A DNA stretch of 64,000 nt, from the NCBI GenBank assembly GCA_951406725.2, contig OX597817.1:79608001-79672000 (forward strand). Reading direction: 5' to 3'. This document shows positions 39,510 through 51,688 of this stretch, piece by piece (position 1 is the first letter of the stretch; each line of letters begins with the position of its first letter). Position numbers and translations under genes: made by a program. The DNA comes from Octopus vulgaris (taxonomy: Eukaryota). The notes beneath the pieces were generated by a model. It did not search any database and was not told the DNA's origin. It saw only the letters and a program-made list of their open reading frames with translations.

Positions 39510-39967
39510 TAATAATAATAACTGCAAAGAATAATCTAATGCAAGAAAATATTATTAAAAAATATGTAAAATAATCAAAGTATACAAAAATTAGGAATGG
39601 AAACCAAAATTATGATTTTTTTCGTTTTTTGATTATTTTTTTTCTACATTTTGGTATCTTGGCAAATATTTAGAATTAGTAGGTTGATTCTTTGAAAAAT
39701 GTAGATTGATCTATATTAATCACTTGGAACTTAACAACACTCTCTCTGATTATGTTTAGTTAAAGAATAAAAGATTCGGAAATCTTCCGTTAGAAATGTA
39801 TTCAGTCTCATGATTGTTAAGAGTGATTCTTACTTTTAACAATCATTCCTAATAGTTATTTTGTAGAGGTGTTGTTTTTCTTTATTTTACTTCTACTTCA
39901 TTTTGTCTACTTTATGCCAAGTTTTCTGTCTACACATGCACGTACACACACACACATATATATATAA

Positions 39968-40024
<57 letters not shown>

Positions 40025-40108
40025 TAATCCAAACATGAAAACACAAAGAGAAAATATATGGATGCATGTATATCTGTATGTTTGCATATACGTATAAAAA
40101 TATATGTG

Positions 40109-40152
<44 letters not shown>

Positions 40153-40274
40153 ATGTGTGGTGTGTGGTGTGTGTGTGTGCGCGCCTGTGTTTGTGTATAT
40201 ATATATATGTATTTATGTATATATACATGTATATATGGGGAAATAGATATACATATATATATTTGTATGTATAT

Positions 40275-40319
<45 letters not shown>

Positions 40320-40997
40320 GGGAGACATACATATATTTATATATATATATGAGTGTGAGTGTGTGTCATGTATGTGTATTTCTGTGTTCATGTGTGATAT
40401 TTGTATGCATTTTATATTTAGATTTGATTCCTATTAATGGCTCCTTACTCTCATTCTCTCCCTCTCTCTCCCCCCTCTCTCTCCCCCCTCTCTCTCTCTC
40501 TTTCGCTCTCTTTCACTCATGTGTTTTCTTCCTGTCTGCTCTTCTCCATTCTACTCTTTGTTATTGTTTATATTTTCTTTTGTCTTCACAACGAAAAGGA
40601 AAGAACTTGCAGTGTTTACACAAACCTCATGTTGACACTTTGTCAATTACAAAACATACATAATATGCACCTCAATTATGAGAAATGTAACTAAGAAATT
40701 ACCATCAAGCAAACAATATCCAAAGAGAAAGAGAAGGCGAGAGAAAGAGAGAGATTGAGCAAAAGAGAAAACATGAGAGAGAGGAGAAGATGTGGGAGAG
40801 AGACAAAGACGCGGACAGAGAGAGAGAAGGACTTCGAACTGAAAATTTCTGACAATGAGTAGCTTTCAATACCTTATATTTGTTGCTGTTTAACTTTGGA
40901 CTTCCCATTCGTTTTTTATTCGTACGTTATTCAATTAAATTAGTTACTTCCATGAAACAGTGAATTAGATTGGAATGTATGAAATCTTTTCTGTGTT

Positions 40998-41327
40998 GCA
41001 CTCACTAACAAGATTTCTGCCTTATTTTTATAAAGAACTGGATCCGTTTTATTAACTTCAGAAATGTAGAACACAGCATAAGGATATGATGGGGTAAAAT
41101 TGATTAGACCGCTGATGTTTCGAAAAAGTTCAATCGTAACTGATATATCTGGAGCACTCGCTAACAAAATTTCTACCTTATTTTAAATATAAAACTGGAA
41201 CCGTTATATTAACTTCAGAAATGTAGGACATAGCATAAGGATATGATGGGGGTAAAATTGATAATAAAAAAATAGACCGCTGATTTTTTTCGGAAAAAGC
41301 TCAATCGTAACTGATATATCTGGAGCA
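40998..41327 (+). repeat. Tandem duplication of ~156-170 bp
   Basis: gcactc(a/g)ctaacaa.atttct..ccttatttt..tattaacttcagaaatgtag..gcataaggatatgatgggg..tagaccgctgat..tcaatcgtaactgatatatctggagca occurs twice. Confidence 0.92.
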
Positions 41328-41506
41328 TTTCTTTGTTTCTTTTGATACCTCCGCTTGTTTGATCGGTACTATTCTTAAAACCGTTATTAAGGGTTTTAAA
41401 CGATCATATTGAGCCGAGTGCAAATTTTGTTAGTCTGTGTTCATGGAATGGCAAAGTTCCATTTTATGCACAACACTGGCAATCATAAGTTCATTCCCGC
41501 AAACAC

Positions 41507-41538
<32 letters not shown>

Positions 41539-41994
41539 GAGATGGAACGTATAAAATATAACTGGTATTTTATATTTTATAAAATGTACACGTGTTTCAG
41601 TAAGACAAAGCTATCGTTACATAAGCCGGTAGGCTCTATTATGCAAAACAGTGCAGTTGACTTACATCGTCAGCATTAACAGGAATAATAACATTATATA
41701 AAGCATAAATTACCAGTTATATTTTCTAAGTTCCTATTCCTATATTGAGCTGTGGATTCTTCATATTAGCATATTTGAAGTTATGATAGTTATTGTCAAA
41801 TCAAGTCAAGCATAAGAGTAGCATTTGGAATATTTCTACTGTGCCTATAACCTGAAGCATCTTTCCAAAACACATTTTACAGTATATATACACATATGCA
41901 TGCCAACAAACATACATACTTAGGTAGATTAATTGAATGATTTATGCTTACACTCACAGACATATATGCATATGTATGTATATATGTATGGGAT

Positions 41995-42205
41995 AAAGAT
42001 CCTCTCCGAGTCACACTCATAAGGCTGGTTTCCTGGTTCCTGTGCCGCATATATTCTCTCATGGACGGGACACCATTCCGTCATAGATTACTCATTTTCG
42101 TTAGGAAATTGAGCTGGAGCAACGTAAAATGAAGTGTTTTGCACAAAAACACCATATGTCCATCAGTCAAAGAATCGAAACTACAATCTTAAGATTATGA
42201 GTGCA
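41995..42205 (-). mobile_element. SINE family C, diverged
   Basis: Reverse complement resembles 57384-57640 (ttgctccagctca, gaaaccagcc, gtgtgactcgga). Confidence 0.6.
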
Positions 42206-42395
42206 TCTCCAACCTAAGCTTACAATAAATGAAACTTGTTGAAAATGCCTTTTATTGGGATTGAAACTGCAAATATCTTGTTTTATAGCAAATATTTTAT
42301 GTTAGATATATGGAATCCATTGTATTATGATCAAATTGTGAAATCTCTATTGAGTCAGTAATGATCAGAATTAGCAGAATTAAACGATGATGATG

Positions 42396-42461
<66 letters not shown>

Positions 42462-42462
<1 letters not shown>

Positions 42463-43098
42463 TTTCTTTATTAACCACAAGGGTTAACATTAATACAAAA
42501 ACATTATGGACAGTACAGGACAAAACAAAGAATATGAGTGTGTGTGTATGTGTGTGTGTATGTGTGTGTGTGTGTGTGTGTGTTTATGAGCGTTTTGCGT
42601 GTAAACAAGACTAAAAAAATATATAAAACAATAGAAAAAAGAGATCAACAATGTGTAATCCTCAGCAGGGAGAAGACGTTCGAGGGCTGCTCAAGGAAAA
42701 ACTCCCATAAAAACTATGGGTACCCTGACTTTGGAGCAGGAGCTTTTTCCCAACCTTTTTTCCCCAACTACAGGCGTAGGGTCAGGGCAGGCCCGTTCAC
42801 TTGCACCATTCTCGCCACTTTCAACCACCTTTCAGCAAACTGGTCAGAAGACAACTCTTCCATCTCTAACTTATTCTCCCTATTCAAGTGAAACTTGAAG
42901 AAGTTGATCATGGATTGACCAAAGAGAAAAGTGCTTGTCTTCAGCCCCTTCAATCTCGCCCACCATACAGCCACCTTTGCCATGGTCACCAGGCATATAA
43001 ACACAGCCTTTCCTTCCCGGTTAAAGGAAGGTAACTGGGCGGTCTTCACGATGAATTCAATCGACAGCCGGATCTGTCCCACACACGACAGCAGGTGT
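42462..43098 (-). mobile_element. 3' end of an L1/Tx1-like LINE (ORF2 C-terminus + 3'UTR), inside an (AAT)n tract
   Basis: ORF 43082-42768 contains AKVAVWWARLKG...FFKFHL...FAERW, which resembles the AKxxIWxxR..FxxxW C-terminal motif of L1/Tx1 ORF2. The 3'UTR ends cccttgtggttaataaagaaatt. Confidence 0.7.
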
Positions 43099-43112
43099 TA
43101 ATAATAATAAAT

Positions 43113-43666
43113 ATGCTTTGATGCAGTACCAAGCAGTGGCTCTCGTGGCTTCTCGTCTTAACCGATTAGAAGTGATGTCATGTACATTGTTTTGTTTTGA
43201 TATAAAATATGGGCTACCGCAAATATTCTGCTCAATACCGCAAATTTGCTTGTCAATTGCTTGAGCATAACTAGTTGAACATGTCCCTTAGTGGCAAACG
43301 ATATGTGCATCTCTGCTTACGAGCAGAAGTAGTGGGGAAGCATCATAGCCGTGTGTTGAGAGGAATTCTTTGGGGTTCAAATTATTCAGCTCCGGAAAAA
43401 TGGGTATTTTGGTCATCATCCTTAAACAAACCTTATTCAGGGATCTTTTGAGTGGGGTGGGCTACACGAGCTGAAGAGAATTCTAACGGCCCCACTTGAA
43501 AAGTCATGCGCTGTTTATCGTGATATGAGATCACCATGTCGCACACACATGATTGTGATGCATGTGCCTGGTGTACCCTTATCAGACAGGTAGTCATGAT
43601 GGGTATACTGGGCTTCGTATATTTTACCCCAGTGTCATTTTGATGGCATGCACTGCTCTTTCACTC

Positions 43667-43668
<2 letters not shown>
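43113..43668 (+). mobile_element. (AAT)n-embedded ~556-bp element, older full-length copy
   Basis: Same two ends as 36203-36760 but more diverged; (AAT)n on both sides. Confidence 0.9.
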
Positions 43669-43699
<31 letters not shown>

Positions 43700-44063
43700 G
43701 ATAACAATACCATGATATAACAAAATAAAAGCAACGACTATTAACTAATAACTAACAGCGTTTCGTAATTTATTGCTCTTTGATCTAATGTATATTATAT
43801 CTATTTATAAGAATATCTGTTGAAAACTAATTAACGATAAGTTAATGCAAACATCAATTAAATATCTATAAAAATAATAATTAATTAATTTAAACAATGT
43901 GATTATTTATTATTAGTTTGTAATTTAAAATAAGCATATATTTACAAATGAATATATATGAACCATGCATACATGGTTCATATATGGTTCGTATGCATAC
44001 ATGGTTCATACATGGTTCGTATAAAGATATATATATATATAGAGAGAGAGTGATATTAATATG

Positions 44064-44129
<66 letters not shown>

Positions 44130-46126
44130 CACACATATACACGTGTACTTAATGCAATATAGAGGTAATTAAGGTGTATTAATGTTGACTATAATTTCTA
44201 TGCACGATTTATATTTTTATATGAGTATTGACGAACCAACGAGATAACTTGTACGTGAACACTTATTATGTTAGAAATATCAGTTATATCTCCTCTAAAT
44301 CACTAGCTTATACTAAGTTGTATAGTCTTAGGTGCACTAAGGCTGCCTATACAACTAAATGGTCCCTGTAGGAAACCTTTAATATTTTGCTATGACAGTT
44401 TACGATCCTCTACGGGAGGATATTTATATCCTTCTATGTTAAAGAAATCAGGTCGAAGCACTCACTCCTAATATGAAACACCCTTTGTCTTTCAAAAAGA
44501 ACTATTGAAGGTAGAAGTTCATTCTTTAAGATTGCATAAGAAAATAGGTTTTAAAATTTGGTACAAGGCCAGTAATTTCGGGGGGATGCGTAAGTCGATT
44601 ACATCGATTCCAGTATCACTCATGCCAGAGTACTTACGTTTATCTTGAACAAATATGAGCTACATGGAAAGTTGAGGAATAGGTTAATAGTTTTTCCTCT
44701 ACAAAGATGCATTTCTAAAGCAATTTTTCTAAAATAAAAAAAAAGATAAAATTTCTACCTTCTTATATTTAATGTTAACTGTACATAGATGCCTTGCTGT
44801 ACATTTCCTTGGTCTGCATTCTGAGTCCAAATCGCACCTAGGTTACCTTTTCCGTTTATTAATTCGGTGTCGTTAATTAAAGTGCCAGTGAAATCATTAA
44901 GGTGCCTGATAGAATGCTTAGCCATACCTGTTCCGAGAGTAACGCTCACACGTTGCAGGTAGTATTGTCTCTGCCTTTCCCTTGGACAACAACGGTGATA
45001 TGCATATACAAGCAATTGTTATTCTTCAACAAAAGAAAACTTTTTACAAGGCCTGCACCTGGGGGAGAAAAACTTTCTAGCTGTAGATCCATAGCGCATA
45101 AAAGTTTTAGATTCCCCAGAATTTCATTCACAGTTTAACAATATGCTCTAACATAATTGAACTATTATCCTTCTTTATAAGTAAAATAAAATACAGTAAT
45201 ATACTGGAAATCATTCTGTAAGGGTATCCATAATACCCAAATTTTTGAGGACACAGTAAAAATTTACAAAAATAGTAATGATAAAATCGCAAAAATATGA
45301 AATGTAATTCCATCTTGAATATTCTTGTTTTCAACTGTCTTCTTTCTCCTGTTCTTCGTTGCTAGTTTTCTTTCATCCACCTGACCTCCATTTCTTGTTT
45401 TACTTCTTTTATTCATTTTTTCTCTGCGTTGCAACCGTTGCTATGTGGAGTGTATGATGATGTGTATTATGGCACACTCACTATGTTCGTACTTAAACAA
45501 TATATGATATAACAAGCATTGAACTTCTTATCGCTATCTACACCACGCCATCCTCTCTCTCTCAACGTGTTATTTCATAATTGCCTCTTCTTACTTCATC
45601 TGTTCTCAGACTTACAGTTTTCTTGCTTTTTTTTATTTTGTGTTGCTTCCTTCTCTATCTCTTTACGAAACTTTTTGCTATTTCTCATAATTTCTTCTTT
45701 TTCTCTTCTTCTTGGAAAAAGTCATAATGTTTTCTATACAATGGATAGTATACTTTTTAGTCGACAACCCGAGATGTTATCAGTTTTTCTAATAGATGTG
45801 CATGTGCGATCTGCTATTCGTTATTTTGAAAGATTTTGTTTTCAATTTCACACATTTAGAAATTTGTTAGAGAGAAACAAAATAAACATCCTGCTGATAC
45901 GTTGCTCTTTTGCTTTAAAAACTTACCCAAGAGGCATAGAACAGAAGAACATGAAGCACATATGAATAAATTTTTGTCTGAATATCTAACGCCATCACTG
46001 GAGTTTTTATTTTCAGGTGGCGAAATACAAAATGTGCGTTACAAAAATGTCAAATGTAGGTCTCTCCCTCTCAAGAAATAGTTAAACGTAAAATACTAAA
46101 TACAATGATTACTCAAATAATTGATG

Positions 46127-46190
46127 ATCTAATAGTAGCGCTTCAAAGTGGCCCAAGATTATCTAATAGTAGCGCTTCAAAGTGGCCCAA
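46127..46190 (+). repeat. 30-bp perfect direct repeat x2 with 4-bp spacer
   Basis: atctaatagtagcgcttcaaagtggcccaa at 46127-46156 and 46161-46190. Confidence 0.95.
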
Positions 46191-46504
46191 ATTAAGTATA
46201 AATCACACACCAACGTCTGTAACAGTGAGAGAAAGGATCCCTATTATTGTAGATGTACGATTATTCCAGCTCATTGGTCAGAACTGAACCACATTTGGTT
46301 ATATTTCTGCTCAGAGAAGGTATGAGGAAGCCAAACAATAGTGACAACAAAGACACAGTCATGACTATTCATTTCATATAATTAATGCTCATTCTAAATA
46401 AACAACTTATAAAACTTTATCGGTTCATGCAACTTCTGTAGTACCAGAGAAACTTAATTATAACATCATTATTTAAATTCCATTTTTGAAATTCCCAGTA
46501 ATGT

Positions 46505-46546
<42 letters not shown>

Positions 46547-46556
46547 ACACACACAC

Positions 46557-46625
<69 letters not shown>

Positions 46626-47147
46626 TGTATGTATGTATGTATGTATGTATATATCATTCAACAGAAACGGTATAAATGCTAAAAGGTAATATTTATCCTC
46701 CATTCAAAGTGGATGTTTTGTTACAACATAGAATACTGCGTTATTTAATTTGAGGAGGATCTCTCGTATGGAATTGTGATGCATATAAGCACGCGCAGTT
46801 ATATCGATGATAGGCGATGATTATCTGCTGCGGCCGCTGGAACTGGTGGATCACGTCATTTCGCCATGCCTTGGTCTTCTCAATGGCAGACGTTCGACTA
46901 GACACATCAGTCGAAATTCCTCCTTCATTGATATATAAAATCTCAGTGCCTATTCAGACGCTGGTGTCACAAATAGCCATTGGGCTTATAGATACATATG
47001 CATATGTGTGTGTATATGTGCGTGTGTGTACGCATGTGCACGTGTGTGCATGTGTGTGCGTATAAAAAATAAACTTCGAAGATTTATAAGGACCTCTAAT
47101 AAGGAAAACATTATCGGTCGCACATACACTATTTGTGCGATCGATAA

Positions 47148-47206
<59 letters not shown>

Positions 47207-47331
47207 TGCAATTTCTGATCAAGATAAACAATTACAATTTCCTATTTATTAAATGTTCTCGACTATCAGTCACTGAAACGGTCGTAATGGAAACGAAATA
47301 AATGAAATATCATGAACTTACTTCCTGTCCT

Positions 47332-47390
<59 letters not shown>

Positions 47391-47694
47391 TGTGCGTATG
47401 TATGTGTGTGTAAGTGAGTTCTGGCGACTATTTCTCGCAGGTCAAGTACCAACATTAAAACGTCCCTCGTTGGATCGTAATCATAACCTGTTATGTTTGT
47501 TGTTAACACCAGTTCCAGTTTTTTCTTCACACTACTGCCCCATTAATAAATTATTTTATACTTGTAATTTATTGAGCTACAACTATTTCATCGAGTAGAC
47601 GACCATTCCTGCAAACTTGGCTTTGTGCCTGGTCAAAAAGCAAAAAAACGAAAAATTACATTTTCTTGATATTTTGCTGTTTGATGGAAATGGT

Positions 47695-47916
47695 TAGTTG
47701 TTGTTGTTGTTGCTGTTGTCGTCTTCGTCGTCGTCGTCTTCTTCTTCTTCTTCTTCTTCTTCTTCTTCTTCTTCTTCTTCTTCTTCTTCGTCTTCTTCTT
47801 CTTCTTCGTCTTCTTCTTCGTCGTCGTCGTCGCCGTCGTCGTCGTCCTCTTCTTCTTCGTCGCCGTTCTCTTCTTATTATTTTTCTTCTTCGTCGTCGTC
47901 CTCTTTTTCTTCTTCG

Positions 47917-47965
<49 letters not shown>

Positions 47966-48029
47966 TTTCTTCTTCTTCTTCTTCTTCTTCTTCTTCGTCG
48001 TCGTCGTCGTCCTCTTCTTCTTCTTCTTC

Positions 48030-48079
<50 letters not shown>

Positions 48080-48080
48080 T
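47695..48080. repeat. Compound trinucleotide microsatellite (GTT/TCG/TCT/TCA); related (CAC/TAC) tract at 48260-48632
   Basis: In-register switching between TCN units. Confidence 0.97.
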
Positions 48081-48450
48081 TCGGTGGTGTTGGTGGTGGT
48101 AGCCTGTAGCGTTGGTCTTTGTAACTAATTCTAATTACTGTTGATCAAAAGCCTGGTCCAATTCTAGGCAACAGTCCTTACATCCACAGCATTACCAAAA
48201 AGGCTGGAACTAAACTTACCCCTATCAAGTGCACATGAAAATCCTCATAACACGAGCATCATCGCCACCACCACCGCAGTAACAACAACATCCCCACTGA
48301 CACCGTCACCACCGTCACCACCACCAAACAGCAACAACACCAGCGTCACTGCCTCCACCACCATCACCAACATCACCTCCACTAACCATCATCATCAATA
48401 TCAACTTCACTACTCCTACTACTACTACTAATACTACTACTACTACCACC

Positions 48451-48482
<32 letters not shown>

Positions 48483-48574
48483 AGCTAATACTGCTCCTAC
48501 TGTTGATGCTACTACTACTACTATTACTACTACTACTGCTGTTGCTACTACACTTAATACTGCTGCTGCTGATG

Positions 48575-48614
<40 letters not shown>

Positions 48615-48939
48615 AACTACTACTACTACTACTGAACTCACATCGATACCACTGCCAATACAAAACTCTGTGTCTTGTGTCTTGGTAATAAACAATCGGT
48701 AAACAATCCAGCCACCATTGTTTATAGAGGAGGGAAAGGATGAGGAGATGGATTTCATTTTGTTTTGCTATATTTTGCTGTTGTTTTTTTCTTTGTCGAA
48801 ATGTTTTATTGGACCGAGCAAAACATAAAACTCACAGGCTGATACACACATCGTGTGCACGCACGCTCTCATACACACAAACACACGCGCGCATGCCCAC
48901 ATACAAACACATACACGTGTGTGATATCTGCATATATAT

Positions 48940-48997
<58 letters not shown>

Positions 48998-49119
48998 ATA
49001 CATCGAAGTCTAGGTACATACCACAACTTATGCATGTGTGCATACATCATACATATGCACACACGCTCGCGCACGCATACGCACGAGCACTCATACGTAT
49101 GTGTATATATAAATAAATA

Positions 49120-49297
49120 TGGCTGTTGTAGTAAGAAGTTTGCTTCCCGACCACATGGTTCCAGGTTCATTCTTACTGCATGGCATTTTGGACAAGCGTC
49201 TTCTACTATAGCCTCGGGTCAGGTCAAGTCTTGTGAGTGGATTGGGTAGACGGAAACTGGAACAAGCCTATCGTATATATATATATATGTGTGTGTG

Positions 49298-49344
<47 letters not shown>

Positions 49345-49506
49345 GTTTAAATATTTGTTGTGCAAGATTTTTTATGTGAAGTCGTGTGTTGAAACAGATA
49401 TTGTTATATTTCGGAATGGTCATATTGCCAGTTTAGACAATAACACCAAATATATAGTGCGTGTGTTTTTATTGGCTAAACTGGCAATATGACCATTCCG
49501 AAATAT

Positions 49507-49570
<64 letters not shown>

Positions 49571-49722
49571 CACCACCACCACGACCGCCTGACAGCCGAT
49601 ATTGGTATGCTTACGTCCCTATAAATTAGCGGTTCGGCAAAAGAGACCGATAGAATAAGTACCAGTCTTAAAATCCTTTAAGCTTGGCCGCAATCAAATG
49701 ACCGAAAGAAGTAAAAGGTAAA

Positions 49723-49726
<4 letters not shown>
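49120..49726 (+). mobile_element. SINE family B with a foreign hairpin insert in its internal microsatellite
   Basis: Head 49120-49275 (ggctg..gtaagaagtttgcttccc.accacatggttcc), tail 49580-49726; insert at 49345-49514. Confidence 0.8.
49398..49514. repeat. 46-bp near-perfect inverted repeat with ~25-nt spacer
   Basis: atattgttatatttcggaatggtcatattgccagtttagacaataa / ttattggctaaactggcaatatgaccattccgaaatataacaatat, one mismatch. Confidence 0.95.
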
Positions 49727-49753
<27 letters not shown>

Positions 49754-49756
49754 ACT

Positions 49757-50020
49757 ATGGATTGCACCTATAATATTCCCCTCCGTGGCACATGTCCGGC
49801 AAAGAATGTTTATGGAAGACCAGCAGTCGCCCATGCATACCAGCCTCTCCTCTCCATGCCTCCGATATTATCCAAGGGAAAGGCAAAGGCTGAGTGAACT
49901 GGAGCAATGTGAAATAAAGTGTCTTGCTGAAGAACACAACACACAGCCCTATCTGGGAATCGTACTCACAGCCTCATGTTTGTGAGTCCGACGCCCTAAC
50001 ACTGTGCTATGTGCCTTCAC
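49757..50020 (-). mobile_element. SINE family C
   Basis: Reverse complement of 55418-55745-type sequence (ggattgcaccta, gcatacccagcctc-like block, ctgagtgaactggagcaatgtgaaata, gggaatcg.actcac). Confidence 0.8.
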
Positions 50021-50446
50021 ATATTTGTATGTTTGGTTGTATATGTGTGGGTGTATATGTGTGTGTGTGTGCTTATTTTTAACATCTCGTATCTCCCTTG
50101 GAGTCATAAGATCGTCTGACCTCAACAATTCGGTCTGTATGTACGCATGTGTGTATATATGAATGTATGAATGTATACGTTTATCTAGGTATATATTGTG
50201 TCTAAATTGTGAGCAAGTTTCACGAGAGGAAATTAATCAATTATATGGACACCCAACAGTTGGCTGGTACTTAATTTGATTAACATCACAGGGGATGATA
50301 GTCCAAGGGTTTGAATTCCAATGCCATTAAGCATTTCTTTAATTACACTGCTATAATCATAAGAATTTCGTGAACTGTTAATTATTGCAACAAGTAACTC
50401 TGGGAATTTCACGGTTATTTAGAAAAGTGCATGATGAAAATGTATA

Positions 50447-50924
50447 CCGTAAATCATCGAGTATAGTCCACCCTTGAGTATAATACGCAGGGGATTTTTA
50501 GGGGGCTGTACCTCTGAAAAATCTAAACCTTGTGTATAATACGCACCCCTTCTCTAACTTGAGTCGTGCGTAATTCAGCCAGCAGCACCTAGTCGAACAA
50601 ACACTTCCGCGCATGCGTAATACAATAATGGTGATGTTCTTACCTGTTATATGGGAAGGTAAATATGTTTGCAAATTGTTTTTGTTATATGTTATTCTGT
50701 GTTCTGAATACTTTTATTTTAATAAATGTTGCTTACTGCGACTTCATCGCTTCCAGGCTTAGCTTATGGCATTTTCGCGCCCGACATCACAAAATACCGG
50801 ACAGTAAATAGAGACTCGGACATAGCTTAGAAAATATTTTTCATTTTTAACCTCGTATATAGTTCGCACTATTTTGACCTTTAAATTTTGGGGAAATATG
50901 CGGATTATACTCGAGGATTTACGG
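50447..50924. mobile_element. Tc1/mariner-pogo-type MITE
   Basis: TA|ccgtaaatcatcgagtata ... tatactcgaggatttacgg|TA TIRs, with subterminal gtataatacgca repeats. Confidence 0.92.
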
Positions 50925-51454
50925 TATTTTTCTGAAAATCCACATAGGCAGTAATGAAGGTACAAGTAAACAATCAGCCCATTAATCAATCTAGCTAGCT
51001 ACCTACCTACTTGTTTATCCATCTATCTATCTGTCATGCTCTACTTACATTTCTGCCGATGTATGTATCTGTCGTCTGCTCAAACAATACAGATAAATAT
51101 TTAAACTAAAAGCAAGAATAGCTTAAGTAATTGCGGTGCTCTATCATGACCTTGGCGTCTGCACTACTACACATAAAAATGTCGAAGTAAAATCCACAGC
51201 TATTTGCTATGGTTGTTTCACTTTCAGTTGACTGTATCAATATATCTAGCCGACCGTGTTTCTATCTTCTGTCCGTCAATGAATCTAGCTATCCACATTG
51301 ATACATCAACAGATTGAAGATATAGAAAATCTATAACATTAAAACTTTTAACAAGTAAATTTTTATTTGTATTGTGTCATGATATTCTCTCGTTCTACGT
51401 TCAAAGTCATGTAACTGCTTTCAACACCCGTATTCCTTTCAGTCAACACACGTA

Positions 51455-51505
<51 letters not shown>

Positions 51506-51657
51506 ACACTTTCTCTCTCTCTCACTCACTCTCTCTTTTCCTCTTGTATCAACTGTACCGCATGCCCTTGTACTTAAAAATGTTTATCTCTCTCTCTTTC
51601 TACTTTCAACGTAATAGCAATATCTTTCTCTTGGAGCTCAACGTTAACATTCCACTC

Positions 51658-51688
<31 letters not shown>

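Noticed and set aside
47633-48758. Poly-Ser/Lys/Leu/Val ORFs (also poly-Arg at 63598-63795 and poly-Ile at 32548-32799)
   Set aside because: Trinucleotide microsatellites open in several frames on both strands, with no splice or domain context.
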